Shown here: piece by piece, positions 34,310 to 44,651 of the stretch | Layout: the number at the start of each line of letters is the position of its first letter | How positions within the stretch are numbered: the first letter of the stretch is position 1 | Assembly: GCA_018830085.1 (NCBI GenBank) | Contig: JAHJSR010000101.1 | Coordinates: forward strand, 1-54,258 | Reading direction: 5' to 3' | Origin: Patescibacteria group bacterium | GTDB lineage: Bacteria; Patescibacteriota; Patescibacteriia; 2-12-FULL-60-25 | Length of the DNA: 54,258 bases | Program-made: the position numbers and the translations under genes | Notes under the pieces: model-generated | What the model saw: the letters and a program-made list of their open reading frames with translations, nothing else | Told to the model about the DNA's origin: nothing | Database searches by the model: none

Positions 34310-35650
34310 TTATTGAGTCAAGCGTTTTATCCATTTATCATCCAAATATTTTTGTAATTCTTCTTCAGAAAATGATATTACTTGCGGACCAGCTGCATAA
34401 GGAGCAACTTGATATGGGGGAAAAATAATTTTTACATCATTTTCATCAACATAAAACAATTCAAAATTTTCAGCAGCTGGTAAAGTCCCGTCAACTATCC
34501 AATCATCATCAGAAAAATCTTCCGCTTTTGGTAACTTTTTCTTAGACTCTAAAGACAAAAAATCTAAATAATCAAAATCTTTTATAAACAAGTTACTTAA
34601 CCCCACCTCCTCATTTTCTTTGAGATCAAAAATAATCGTCTTATATAACGGCCCAGGATGTGCACCACCAGTATAAACACTTCCTTCTAGCAACAAACTC
34701 ACATAGTCATCTCCAAGACTTGTTATCTCATAATCATATCCCATGAACCACTTACCTACTTCGAATTCCGGATCAATATTTTTAGTATCATCTCTAAACC
34801 AATCAAACTCATCGTTCACAAAAGATCCTATTACTCTATTCAACTCATCATATTTACCATCTTGGCTTATAAAATATGGATAAGTTATTTCTATAGAATA
34901 ATAATCATCCCCTTCTTCAATTCGACGATCAGCAACATTCACAAAATTTTCATCAACTACCTCAACAGCATTATCATCTAAACTCTTAAAAGAAGAAACA
35001 ATCAACTTAAATAACTCCGTCTCTTTTCCTTCATCCATAGGCACACAACCGTCAGAATAATCATAAGCACCGCAATTAACTTCCGGTATAGTAAATATAA
35101 AATCAACCAACTCATCGTCCTTAGCTAGTTCATAATCATAAATATGATACATCGTCCCGGCTGCGCCATCGCCAAACATACTTAAACAAAAATTATTTTT
35201 ACCAAAATTCACTCTTTTTGTTGCTATTCCACAAGCGTATTGCAAGTCACACTTCGAAGCCAAATTATCACCAGACTGAATAGTCACATCCAACTCCCTT
35301 CTGGATACCGCGCTAAAGCCATCATCCGGTTTATACTCGGGTGGAAACACAATATGCACTAAATCATCATACATATCACTATCTGCCAATCTTGATTCAT
35401 TCGGATACCTAAACTCAAAACCATACTCCTCATTTTTATAGGTCAACCAATCTGATGGTATAACTTCTACATCTTCCACATAAAGTATCTCTGGTTTTTC
35501 GCTTCCTTGATTATCTGTAACAACAATCTGTTCATCTTTAACTTGATAATCATCATTACTCAAATCAGATGTAACCTTATTTTGATCACAACCTGCCCCC
35601 ATGACGGATAAAAGCGTTATAAAAACACTAAAAAATATAATTTTCTTCAT
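34310..35650 (-). CDS. lipoprotein with DUF3298/DUF4163-like (RsiV/PdaC-type) C-terminal domain
   Basis: Lipobox VMGAGC. N-terminal module WLTYKNEEYGFEFRYP. C-terminal YTGGAHPGPLYKTIIFDL...IIFPPYQVAPYAAGP. ATG at 35650; the 35689 start is TTG. Confidence 0.65.
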   Translation of the reverse strand: MKKIIFFSVFITLLSVMGAGCDQNKVTSDLSNDDYQVKDEQIVVTDNQGSEKPEILYVEDVEVIPSDWLTYKNEEYGFEFRYPNESRLADSDMYDDLVHIVFPPEYKPDDGFSAVSRRELDVTIQSGDNLASKCDLQYACGIATKRVNFGKNNFCLSMFGDGAAGTMYHIYDYELAKDDELVDFIFTIPEVNCGAYDYSDGCVPMDEGKETELFKLIVSSFKSLDDNAVEVVDENFVNVADRRIEEGDDYYSIEITYPYFISQDGKYDELNRVIGSFVNDEFDWFRDDTKNIDPEFEVGKWFMGYDYEITSLGDDYVSLLLEGSVYTGGAHPGPLYKTIIFDLKENEEVGLSNLFIKDFDYLDFLSLESKKKLPKAEDFSDDDWIVDGTLPAAENFELFYVDENDVKIIFPPYQVAPYAAGPQVISFSEEELQKYLDDKWIKRLTQ

Positions 35651-35735
35651 ATCACTATTTATAACGACATTATATAACTTAAATGACAAATGACAAACCT
35701 ACTATTATATATGTTATAATACACCAACGAGGGGT

Positions 35736-37400
35736 ATGGAAATATTTATTCAAATTAGTTTAATCTTAGGACTCGCAACTGTCATTGCAGTTATAATGCA
35801 AAAACTGCGATTACCTCTGATTTTAGGTCATATACTAACCGGCATCTTGGTTGGCCCGGCTTTTTTAAATCTCATAAAATCGGCCGAAACATTAGAAATT
35901 TTTTCACACCTTGGAGTCACTGCCCTTTTATTTATAGTTGGCTTAAGTCTTAGCCCCAGAGTAATCCGTGAAGTAGGTAAAGTATCTTTAATAACCGGAA
36001 TTGGTCAAATAGTATTTACCAGTCTGATTGGTTTTTTTATTTCTAGATTGCTCGGATATACAATCGAAACCTCAATTTTTATTGCGATCGCACTCACATT
36101 TAGCAGTACAATTATTGTTTTAAAACTTTTATCTGACAGACATGATTTAGGAAAGTTGTATGGAAAAATCGCCATTGGTTTTTTACTAGTTCAAGATGTT
36201 GCAGCTACAATAATTTTAATATTTGTTTCATCAATAAGTGAAGGAATGAGTCCAACTGACACATTTATTACCATAACCTCAAAAACTGTTATTATCTTTG
36301 TACTGTTGGCATTCATGAGCATGTACATCTTGCCTTGGTTAACAAAAATGTTTGCCAAATCTCAAGAATTTTTGTTTTTATTTGCCATCGGCTGGGGTGT
36401 TGGCATGGCTGCAGTATTCCATCTTATTGGACTTTCTATAGAAATTGGCGCACTTGCCGCCGGTGCAACTCTGGCTGCATCTCCATATCACTATGAAATA
36501 AGTTCAAAAATGAAAATGCTTCGCGATTTTTTCATTATCATGTTTTTTGTTTTGCTGGGCTCACAACTCACCGTTGGCAACATAAACTCATTAATGTCTC
36601 AATCATTGTTCTTTTCTGCATTTGTACTTATCGGAAATCCACTAATTGTAATGATTTTAATGGGTTTACTGGGTTATACAAAAAAAACCAGCTTCTATGC
36701 CGGCTTAACCGTTGCTCAAATCAGTGAATTCTCATTTATTCTAATCCTACTTGCATATAACTCCAACCTAGTAACCCATGAAGTCGTATCTTTAATAACC
36801 ATAATCGGCATTATTACCATCACAGGCTCAACACTCATGATTATTTACGCTGATCATATATACAAACTCCTTGAACCAATACTCGGAATTTTTGAACTGA
36901 AAAATCCTATCAAAGAAAAATCTCAAAAGCCTAATTACGATGCTATACTTTTTGGCTGTCATCGTGTTGGTACTGATTTTCTTTCCACCCTCAAAAAACT
37001 CAAACGTAAATTTTTAGTTGTTGATTTTGATCCTTCAGTTATTAATGACTTAAAATCAAAACGTATCCCTAATCGCTATGGTGATGCTCATGATAATGAA
37101 TTTTTAGAAGAAATAAACATTGATAAAGCTAACACTGTAATTGTTACTTTACCTGATTTTGACACAAACCTGCTAATTTTAAATAAAATCCGTAAAACCA
37201 ATCCCAATTCAACTGTCATCAACATTGCTCACACTGTTGACCAAGCCAACCTTTTATACCAGCTAGGATCATCCTACGTTATACTTCCGCACTTTTTAGG
37301 CGGCAACTATGCTGCCATGCTTTTAGAAAAAAATGGTGAAAATAATAAAAAAATTGCCCAAGAAAGAAAACGCCACATAGAACATCTTTCTTACAGATAA
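35736..37400 (+). CDS. cation:proton antiporter (CPA2/Kef-type) with C-terminal RCK/TrkA-N domain
   Basis: About 12 TM helices with a Na_H_exchanger-like N-terminus (LGHILTGILVGP). C-terminal Rossmann-like ILFGCHRVGTDF...VVDFD. Confidence 0.88.
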   Translation: MEIFIQISLILGLATVIAVIMQKLRLPLILGHILTGILVGPAFLNLIKSAETLEIFSHLGVTALLFIVGLSLSPRVIREVGKVSLITGIGQIVFTSLIGFFISRLLGYTIETSIFIAIALTFSSTIIVLKLLSDRHDLGKLYGKIAIGFLLVQDVAATIILIFVSSISEGMSPTDTFITITSKTVIIFVLLAFMSMYILPWLTKMFAKSQEFLFLFAIGWGVGMAAVFHLIGLSIEIGALAAGATLAASPYHYEISSKMKMLRDFFIIMFFVLLGSQLTVGNINSLMSQSLFFSAFVLIGNPLIVMILMGLLGYTKKTSFYAGLTVAQISEFSFILILLAYNSNLVTHEVVSLITIIGIITITGSTLMIIYADHIYKLLEPILGIFELKNPIKEKSQKPNYDAILFGCHRVGTDFLSTLKKLKRKFLVVDFDPSVINDLKSKRIPNRYGDAHDNEFLEEINIDKANTVIVTLPDFDTNLLILNKIRKTNPNSTVINIAHTVDQANLLYQLGSSYVILPHFLGGNYAAMLLEKNGENNKKIAQERKRHIEHLSYR

Positions 37401-37401
37401 A

Positions 37402-37422
37402 TAAAAACGCCTATTGGCGTCT
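37402..37422. terminator. terminator hairpin between convergent genes
   Basis: aaaaacgcc-tatt-ggcgt. The T-run lies on the minus strand (agacgccaataggcgttttta). Confidence 0.5.
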
Positions 37423-37933
37423 AAGACCTAAGATTCGACCAAAATCTAACACGTTTTTGTGAAATACTGGACATTGTCCGTGCACCTCTACACCTTGGAT
37501 AATTCGGACATCCCCAAAACAACTTTTTTGATTTGGTATTCTCTCTGGGTTGCATTTTTACACCGCATTTACAAATTGGTTCTAATTGCAGCTCCGGTGG
37601 AACAAAATAACTTTTTTGACCGCGTGATTTAACAACGCGCCTAGGAACGATTGGCTCAATGACAACAACCTCTCCCTTTTGAGCCTGTTCGTTGTAGTAC
37701 TCAATTGTTATTTCATTCCTCATCCAAGCACCCAACCGAAAATCACTTTCATCAGCATCCGGTTGTTTTTTATAAGGCACACGATACTTCCAAGCTTTGC
37801 CATTATAATCCAACGCAACAGCATCCTCAATCAATAAATCCATTCTCTCAAAGCCAGATCTTGGCGTAAAATGAGTACCCAATTCAACAACTTCGGCAAT
37901 GTTATGCAGCGCATAAAAACGAGGGTCGCGCAT
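37421..37933 (-). CDS. hypothetical protein with C-terminal topoisomerase-type C4 zinc finger
   Basis: CKCGVKMQPRENTKSKKLFWGCPNYPRCRG matches the zf-C4_Topoisom pattern. The 120-aa N-domain is unrecognised. AAGGAGG SD upstream of the ATG. Confidence 0.65.
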   Translation of the reverse strand: MRDPRFYALHNIAEVVELGTHFTPRSGFERMDLLIEDAVALDYNGKAWKYRVPYKKQPDADESDFRLGAWMRNEITIEYYNEQAQKGEVVVIEPIVPRRVVKSRGQKSYFVPPELQLEPICKCGVKMQPRENTKSKKLFWGCPNYPRCRGARTMSSISQKRVRFWSNLRS

Positions 37934-37951
37934 AGCGCCTCCTTGTTAGAC

Positions 37952-38980
37952 TCAGCCTCTCAATGTGCCAAATGACTTTATTATATTTATTATCACTTTG
38001 GCAAGCTTTGCTGAATCATGTCTTAACAAACTACGCTCCAATCTGTCACCCGCTATTGGTCTAGCAATTTTTTCTGCTAACACGTCCTCACGATAAACTT
38101 TACACTCTCCATTCAAATCATCTTTAATTATATGTTCTCCGACTTTAGTATACCTTACCAAAACAGCCTCCGGAATCTCAGCTGAATTAACGATGGCCAC
38201 ATCGACTTTCGCCGGGCTGATATACGTCTTTAACTTTTCAATAAACTTTTGCGCCGTATAACCATCTGTTTGCCCCGGCTTTGCCACCAAATTCAATACA
38301 TAAATAACCGGTCCTTTACATTCGGATATAGCCTCAGCCACACCTTGAACCAATAAAACCGGAATTAAGCTAGTATACAAATCACCGGGAGCTAAAATAA
38401 TCGCATCCGCCTCTCTAATAGCATCCAGAGCCTCTGGATTGGCAATAACCACCGGATCCAAAAAACATTCTCTGATTTTTGCTCTTTGATTATCTTTTAC
38501 ATCAATCGCATGTTCACCCTCAACAACAGTTCCATCTTCCAACTCCGCAAACAAATTTGAAGATTGCGCCGAAACGGGAATAACCTTGCCCCTAACATTT
38601 AATACGCGATGTGCCGCACTAATTGCCTGAATTGGATTGCCATAAATTTTTTCCAAAGCCGATAAAAACAAATTTCCAAAATGATGACCATCCAATGAAC
38701 CCTCCGAAAATCTATAATTAAACAAATGTCGCAATGCATCATCACCAGATGCTAATGCTACAAGACACTGCCGAATATCCCCGGGTGGTAAAACTCCCAA
38801 TTCATCCCTCAGCCTACCTGTCGATCCACCATCATCAGCAATACTAACAACAGCCGTCAAATCAACATCGTGCACTTTTAAACCCGACAAAGTTGTAAAA
38901 GTCCCTGTTCCACCCCCTAAAACAACAATTTTTGATTTTTTAATATTTTCCATACAAAAAAATCCTACAACATACGCCAT
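37952..38980 (-). CDS. yvcK: YvcK/CofD-like gluconeogenesis factor (UPF0052)
   Basis: KIVVLGGGTGTFTTLSGLK, IADDGGSTGRLRDELGVLPPGDIRQC and APGDLYTSLIPVLLV. An alternative ATG at 38953 is possible. Confidence 0.88.
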   Translation of the reverse strand: MAYVVGFFCMENIKKSKIVVLGGGTGTFTTLSGLKVHDVDLTAVVSIADDGGSTGRLRDELGVLPPGDIRQCLVALASGDDALRHLFNYRFSEGSLDGHHFGNLFLSALEKIYGNPIQAISAAHRVLNVRGKVIPVSAQSSNLFAELEDGTVVEGEHAIDVKDNQRAKIRECFLDPVVIANPEALDAIREADAIILAPGDLYTSLIPVLLVQGVAEAISECKGPVIYVLNLVAKPGQTDGYTAQKFIEKLKTYISPAKVDVAIVNSAEIPEAVLVRYTKVGEHIIKDDLNGECKVYREDVLAEKIARPIAGDRLERSLLRHDSAKLAKVIINIIKSFGTLRG

Positions 38981-39060
38981 CTAAAAACAAATACCAATAT
39001 ATTGACTTACATCTAAAAAAATGCTAAATCTATTTTGTACTCTAACAACCGAGGTTCACA

Positions 39061-39801
39061 ATGAACGCAAGTCTATCTCAGATTGATTTCTCACGCATCC
39101 AAGTAGTCTCCTACGATCTTGGTTACACACTTCTTGGCATCAACGCTCCTGTGATTGCCAGACTTGTAGAAGAGCATCTACATTTATCTTTTACACCCGC
39201 ACAAGTGCTGCGCGCCGATCAAGAACTGCGCCTTCAGTATCTACACAGGCACATCATGAACACGCGTGTACAACACTCGCATTTTTCCGCAGTCCTCTGT
39301 GATATGATTGCCTACCTCTCTCCAGAGATAGTAACCAGCACTCCGGAAAGCCAAATCCGCAACTTTGAACTGGCATGCCGCAAACATCACAACGACCACA
39401 ACTTCTTTGACCAAATATATCACGATGCATTTGCGGCCCTGGAAGCTCTCCGCCTAGCCAAAAAACGCATCATCGCCATTAGCAATGCCCACGGCACGTT
39501 AGAAAGAGACTTGACCAAATTTGGCATGATTGAATATTTTGAAAGAATCTTAGATAGCACCGTTGAGGGCGTAGTCAAGCCCAATCCCGAAATATTCATC
39601 CGAGCTGCCGATCGTTGCGGTGTCCCGGCCGAAGCCATTCTACACATTGGTGATAACTACAGCGCCGATGTAGAAGGAGCTCGTGCTGTTGGCATGCAAT
39701 CCGCACTTTACGATCCCAACAATATGTACAAAAATTTCGGTAAAAACATACCGAGTTTCCGCAATCACATGGACATAGTCGACCTCCTATTAGCCAGCTA
39801 A
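39061..39801 (+). CDS. HAD superfamily hydrolase, subfamily IA (higher-GC)
   Basis: Motif I variant SYDLGYTL, motif II ISNAHG, K (VKPNPEIF), and motif IV GDNYSADVEGARAVGM. Confidence 0.75.
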   Translation: MNASLSQIDFSRIQVVSYDLGYTLLGINAPVIARLVEEHLHLSFTPAQVLRADQELRLQYLHRHIMNTRVQHSHFSAVLCDMIAYLSPEIVTSTPESQIRNFELACRKHHNDHNFFDQIYHDAFAALEALRLAKKRIIAISNAHGTLERDLTKFGMIEYFERILDSTVEGVVKPNPEIFIRAADRCGVPAEAILHIGDNYSADVEGARAVGMQSALYDPNNMYKNFGKNIPSFRNHMDIVDLLLAS

Positions 39802-39823
39802 CCTCCTCTTTGGAGGTTTTATT
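39800..39823 (+). terminator. rho-independent terminator
   Basis: aacctcc-tcttt-ggaggtt-ttatt; overlaps the HAD stop codon. Confidence 0.7.
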
Positions 39824-39847
39824 ATAAAAAAGCCGCAACTAAAATAG

Positions 39848-40144
39848 TTACAGCATATAAGATCGAAACACACCTCGAAACGGTGTCGTTTGCCTTGATT
39901 GATTTTGCGCTCGAGGATCATCCTTACGCCACACATAAATCACCAAAGCACCTGCATTTACAAAAGTAGGATCCGAAACAAAATATTCATCGGGCAGTAA
40001 ATATTTCATCAACCATAGAATCCTTGCTATTTCTTTCCGGCACTTTGGATTAGGCCAAGAAGTCGTGACTCCATAACCGCTCCACGAAGGCCATGTCGGA
40101 TGACCGAACAACGACAGTATAAACAGAATGAACTTTACTCGCAT
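39848..40144 (-). CDS. hypothetical small secreted protein (98 aa)
   Basis: ATG preceded by GAGGGGG. Hydrophobic N-terminus (VKFILFILSLFG). Trp-rich. No homolog recognised. Confidence 0.45.
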   Translation of the reverse strand: MRVKFILFILSLFGHPTWPSWSGYGVTTSWPNPKCRKEIARILWLMKYLLPDEYFVSDPTFVNAGALVIYVWRKDDPRAQNQSRQTTPFRGVFRSYML

Positions 40145-40202
40145 GATACCCCCTCATTGCAAGATAACAATAATCAAATCAAAAATTTCCGATTCAGTCA
40201 AC

Positions 40203-40718
40203 CTATTGCATTAGATCAATTCTAATAAACCCAGAATACATTAGTAAATAAGCAATAATTCCCATACTAGCCATAAAAAATAATAGATGATCCACCCAAC
40301 CCCCCGTATCCACACACAAAAACTTTGGAATCAATCTAAAATTCCTACCCCAAGGATACAAATACTCACAACCTTGCGGATTAAATCCATCAATAAACGG
40401 ATGCGAAGCATAACCAAAAACAAAAACAACTGGAGCTATTAAATGTATTGGAAATAAAAATGAAGACACAAAAATCACAACCGGTAAAATAATCAAAGAA
40501 TGAAATAATGATCTATGCCTTACCCTATCTATCAACAACAATCGCAATAAACCTTTCGTCCATTGATGAATGGTAGCATGGCGATTATCCAAATCCGGCA
40601 ATAAAGCCGCAAAACCTCCAATCAAAGGTAAAATAATAAACAACAAATCTTGTGGCAACAATAAATACGCTATCCATGCAGTATTTGCTCCCACCACAAA
40701 ATGTGTTTTACCGGTCAT
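40203..40718 (-). CDS. YdjM/DUF457 family membrane-bound metal-dependent hydrolase
   Basis: N-terminal MTGKTHFVVG, a PDLD motif, HRSLFHS, and 4-5 TM helices. Starts 2 nt after the upstream giant gene. Confidence 0.7.
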   Translation of the reverse strand: MTGKTHFVVGANTAWIAYLLLPQDLLFIILPLIGGFAALLPDLDNRHATIHQWTKGLLRLLLIDRVRHRSLFHSLIILPVVIFVSSFLFPIHLIAPVVFVFGYASHPFIDGFNPQGCEYLYPWGRNFRLIPKFLCVDTGGWVDHLLFFMASMGIIAYLLMYSGFIRIDLMQ

Positions 40719-40720
40719 AA

Positions 40721-43700
40721 TTAATTACAAACCCTAAAATTATCCAAATTATGATTAAAATCACTAAAAAATCCTACCCCATTAATAAACTCATCCAAAT
40801 GATTGCCGGCTATTGCTAACTCTAAATTAGAATCTCCTTCCTGCCAAAAAACATAAACAACATCTGGATTATTATACTCTCTTGCAACTAATCGCTTACC
40901 ATCTCTTTCTTGATCACGTGAACTCACCGGCTCCTGCTTCCAAGCCGCAGTTCGATCAGCAACAAATTCATCCAACGTCATCCCATAATCTACAGCATGT
41001 ACAGAGATGCTTAAATTGTCACCGCTAAAAATTGCATCATCGGCAGATTGATCGGTTGTAACTCTCAACCAATCAGATGGATAACTTAATTGATAACCAT
41101 ACTTACAGTTTTTATATAAACTCATTTCCGTACTAACATCCCACGCTCTTTGCTTTGGCTGACTCGACGGCACAAAACTATCTACTATCCCCCGCATATC
41201 AACTATCGCCTGTTCATCAATATCACTAGGCTGTATGCCATTAAAATAACTCCAAGCATAAACATACTCCGCATCACGTCCTATTTCCTCATCCCAACAC
41301 AAATCAATCTCTTCACAAGCAGCTCTATCCATTTTCCAAAAATTTATTGGATAAACATTTATAATCATCATCTTAAACCAACCGATTTTATCCGAGTATT
41401 CAGAAATTTCTTGCGTTGGTAAATAAAATTGAGTGACCGCAACCGCATTCTCTCCATCTATCGGTAAAGTTTCTGCCGTATAGCCGCTCCAACTCGGAGT
41501 CATGGTTAATTTATACCCATACTCATCATTCTTATATTCCAATGAAGCCGCCGAATCCCCAATCTCATCTGATAATACAGAAGTATTAATATCGGATGAA
41601 TCCGTTAACTGTTTCTCATTATAATTATTATACCTATAATCATTTCCAATTTCCGTCTCCTGCATATACCTGCCAATCGTATAACCCACAAAAAAGATCG
41701 CTAACAATATTAATAAAACCATTATCAATATACCAAGTTTTAACTTGCCTCTTTTTGCCATAATTATCACAACAATAACAGCTACAACCAAAGAAAGTAG
41801 AGCTAAGAACAATAACAGTAACGACCACCCATCAAAAGTTGGTTCAAACATAAGCGATGGATACTCCTCTGCAAAAACTTGACCTTGTAAACCCGGTTGG
41901 TTTTCTTCCGGATACAAACCGCTCGAAACATCGATGAGATAATCCAAAGCATCATTGTTTACTCCTTTATCTAACAATTCGGGCTTTATCTCATTACCAT
42001 CTATTAAGAGCTGGGCTTTATTTGTATCTTTATCAAGTTCTAAAACCAAATCCGAATTATTTTTTACTTGAATATTATTATATTCAAAAATTTCAAACTC
42101 GCCATCTTCTGTTGGATAAGAAGTCATTACAGTTGCACTACCATTATCAATACCCGCCGCTCTAACCTCATAATCACCATCATTGGGCAGCATAAAATAT
42201 GAAATAACCTCATCATCCTTATAAGATCTTATCTCAGGATAGACACTTTCATCCTCAGAGATAAAATTACCCTCCGCATCATAACCAACTCTATCACCCG
42301 TTTCCTTATTTACCACCATAACGTTAAATGGACATTGAACCACGACTCTTACTTTATCCCTAGCATCAAACTCCATCATCCTTTCAATCAAATACTTCTT
42401 TTGCGCATCCCTAACATCACTATATGCTCTTTCATTAATACTGGCACTTATCTTATCCTTTATCTCTTGACTCAAATTATTATAAAACTGTTGTTCGTTC
42501 GTTGTTAACTTATATTCCGGTCTTTTTACCCTTTGATAAGTACCCCCGCACAAAGGATAAAATGGCGGATCACACTGAAAACCGCCCGCTCTGCCATCTG
42601 TCATAAATTCCCAGTCTTCTATACCGTAAATCCCATGATTATTTTTCATCCAAATATCAAATATCTGCGCCGTGTCGCGCCAAAATGTATTTTTGGGATA
42701 AACCGCAACAGCAAGATGACCGGCCAATGTATTTAAAACATACGGCGCAACCACTTCCACGGGACCATAATCATAATATTTATCAATTATCGAACGCTCT
42801 GTCGCATCTTTACTCAACCGTAAACCGTCCAACATATTAATAACTCTGGTTTGTTGAGAACCGCAAACCCAAGGTTCATATTTTTCTTTCAATCTCTTTG
42901 CATATTCCAACTTGGCTTCGTCAGATGATATGGTTTCAATAGCCATTGCTTTCAGTACCCGATTATTTGTCGGACAACTTGCACACCAAACACCTTGTCT
43001 TGCGTAAGGATTTAATGGAATCTCATTATATTTTTTTACCAAATAATCATACGCTTGTTGACGAGTTAACTCCTCGGCGCAATCTTGAGGACAATTTGCA
43101 TGCGTCTCCCCAGTCTGACACTGCCAATTTCCGCACAAAATACTAAAACCCGGAGTCAAAGTTATCCGTGCTTGAGGATTGCCATGTGAATTAACCGCCT
43201 GCAACACCAAAGTGGAAGTCGCAAAATCACGCGGTTGCGCCATGGTAGTATAAACCAATTTAACCATTCCTCGAGCATCTGTTTTTGCAGCTGATGCAAT
43301 TACCCTGCCTTCACTGTTATCCTCGATTTGATTTCTCTCATCTTGCAAGCGATAACCTATTTCCTGACCCGCGACAGGCTTACCATCCTGAGTTACTTTT
43401 ACTAAAAATTCTATCGAAGTTTTTCCGTCTGCCACCATCTCCACCTCTTTTGGAGTTATGGAAACATCATATTCGGCTTCACATTGCTCCTCGCACGATC
43501 CACCGCAATCAACACCAATTTCATCCCCGTTTTTTATTCCGTCAAAACATGAATAATCTTCCGGCGAATCACTTACTTCAATAGCTTCACAGCATTCACG
43601 AATAACCTGATTTGGGCTGGGCAATGCTTTTTCCTCTTCACTGGATACTTTGCTGCATTCAGCTTTACAAGAAATCATTGTTCTCTCGACATCACTTTTT

Positions 43701-44116
43701 GGATATGGAGTGTAACCATTTTTACAATTCACAATAATGCCAATAGCAGCCGCATCAGAAAAACAAGTATCCGTACAAGAGCTATAGCAAGCCGAAGCTT
43801 TATGCCATCCCTGATCCGGTGCCAAATAATAATCACGCCTTTCTTTTAAAGCTGCATCACGCTTTTCCACACACGTAACAGCATCCGCTTTAGCAACATC
43901 ATTAAAATTACTTATATCAACCCATTCTCGACAAGGTGCCCAAGGATCCTGACCAACCCAGGCACTATATAAAATAACCGGATTAAAATCATCTTCAGTT
44001 GCAACCGGTTGAGCCATCGTTATATTAACAACAAATAAAAAAGTCGAAATAATTCCAATAATCACACTAAATAAAAACCCTCCCAACAAATAGAGAGATT
44101 GCTTAAAGTTTGGCAT
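40721..44116 (-). CDS. giant multi-domain surface protein (1131 aa), three TM segments
   Basis: N-terminal TM. Cys-rich modules (CFDGIKNGDEIGVDCGGSCEEQC; CGNWQCQTGETHANCPQDC). A Big_1-like Ig domain (VSITPKEVEMVADGKTSIEF...ARGMVKLVYT). A TM pair mid-protein. Two C-terminal Y-K-N-x-x-Y-G-Y modules. Confidence 0.85.
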   Translation of the reverse strand: MPNFKQSLYLLGGFLFSVIIGIISTFLFVVNITMAQPVATEDDFNPVILYSAWVGQDPWAPCREWVDISNFNDVAKADAVTCVEKRDAALKERRDYYLAPDQGWHKASACYSSCTDTCFSDAAAIGIIVNCKNGYTPYPKSDVERTMISCKAECSKVSSEEEKALPSPNQVIRECCEAIEVSDSPEDYSCFDGIKNGDEIGVDCGGSCEEQCEAEYDVSITPKEVEMVADGKTSIEFLVKVTQDGKPVAGQEIGYRLQDERNQIEDNSEGRVIASAAKTDARGMVKLVYTTMAQPRDFATSTLVLQAVNSHGNPQARITLTPGFSILCGNWQCQTGETHANCPQDCAEELTRQQAYDYLVKKYNEIPLNPYARQGVWCASCPTNNRVLKAMAIETISSDEAKLEYAKRLKEKYEPWVCGSQQTRVINMLDGLRLSKDATERSIIDKYYDYGPVEVVAPYVLNTLAGHLAVAVYPKNTFWRDTAQIFDIWMKNNHGIYGIEDWEFMTDGRAGGFQCDPPFYPLCGGTYQRVKRPEYKLTTNEQQFYNNLSQEIKDKISASINERAYSDVRDAQKKYLIERMMEFDARDKVRVVVQCPFNVMVVNKETGDRVGYDAEGNFISEDESVYPEIRSYKDDEVISYFMLPNDGDYEVRAAGIDNGSATVMTSYPTEDGEFEIFEYNNIQVKNNSDLVLELDKDTNKAQLLIDGNEIKPELLDKGVNNDALDYLIDVSSGLYPEENQPGLQGQVFAEEYPSLMFEPTFDGWSLLLLFLALLSLVVAVIVVIIMAKRGKLKLGILIMVLLILLAIFFVGYTIGRYMQETEIGNDYRYNNYNEKQLTDSSDINTSVLSDEIGDSAASLEYKNDEYGYKLTMTPSWSGYTAETLPIDGENAVAVTQFYLPTQEISEYSDKIGWFKMMIINVYPINFWKMDRAACEEIDLCWDEEIGRDAEYVYAWSYFNGIQPSDIDEQAIVDMRGIVDSFVPSSQPKQRAWDVSTEMSLYKNCKYGYQLSYPSDWLRVTTDQSADDAIFSGDNLSISVHAVDYGMTLDEFVADRTAAWKQEPVSSRDQERDGKRLVAREYNNPDVVYVFWQEGDSNLELAIAGNHLDEFINGVGFFSDFNHNLDNFRVCN

Positions 44117-44210
44117 AATAAATCATTTTAAAAAAATAACAAACTGTTTTTGTTATTTTATCATAAATAGACACCACGCCCAAACCAAAAACAAAAATTA
44201 AAGTTAAAAA

Positions 44211-44582
44211 TTAATTAATTTTTTCTAAATTTAAACACACCGAATTTATACAATATCTTTTTCCTCCCTTGTCCTTTGGTCCATCATCAAAAACGTGACC
44301 CAAATGCGCTCCGCAATTTTTGCAGACTACTTCAGTCCGCGACATTCCCAACTTATTATCTTCTTTGAGTTCTATATGCTCCAAATTCGCCGGTTCAGTA
44401 AAGCTAGGCCATCCCGTCCCCGAAGCAAACTTGGTATCCGAACTAAATAATTCAGCTCCACAAACCGCACATTTATACATTCCTTTCTCCTTACTATTCC
44501 AATACTCTCCGCTAAACGGAGCTTCTGTGCCACCTTCACGAGCTACTTTGTGGAGTTCTGGTGATAATTCATCATTTTTCAT
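44211..44582 (-). CDS. msrB: peptide-methionine (R)-S-oxide reductase
   Basis: Two CxxC pairs (CAVCGAEL, CKNCGAHLGHVF) and RYCINS. Confidence 0.95.
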   Translation of the reverse strand: MKNDELSPELHKVAREGGTEAPFSGEYWNSKEKGMYKCAVCGAELFSSDTKFASGTGWPSFTEPANLEHIELKEDNKLGMSRTEVVCKNCGAHLGHVFDDGPKDKGGKRYCINSVCLNLEKIN

Positions 44583-44593
44583 AACTTGAGTAT

Positions 44594-44651
44594 CTAAGCT
44601 ACTAAGAATCTAAGAACCTAAGCGCAGATTCATAAATACTCAGTTTCTCAG
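44594..44651. repeat. phased short-repeat array in the msrA-msrB spacer (4 x CTAAG at an exact 8-nt period, plus 2 x CTCAG at an 8-nt period)
   Basis: CTAAG at 44594, 44602, 44610 and 44618. CTCAG at 44639 and 44647. CAGATTC at 44624 and 44649. All read directly. Confidence 0.75.
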
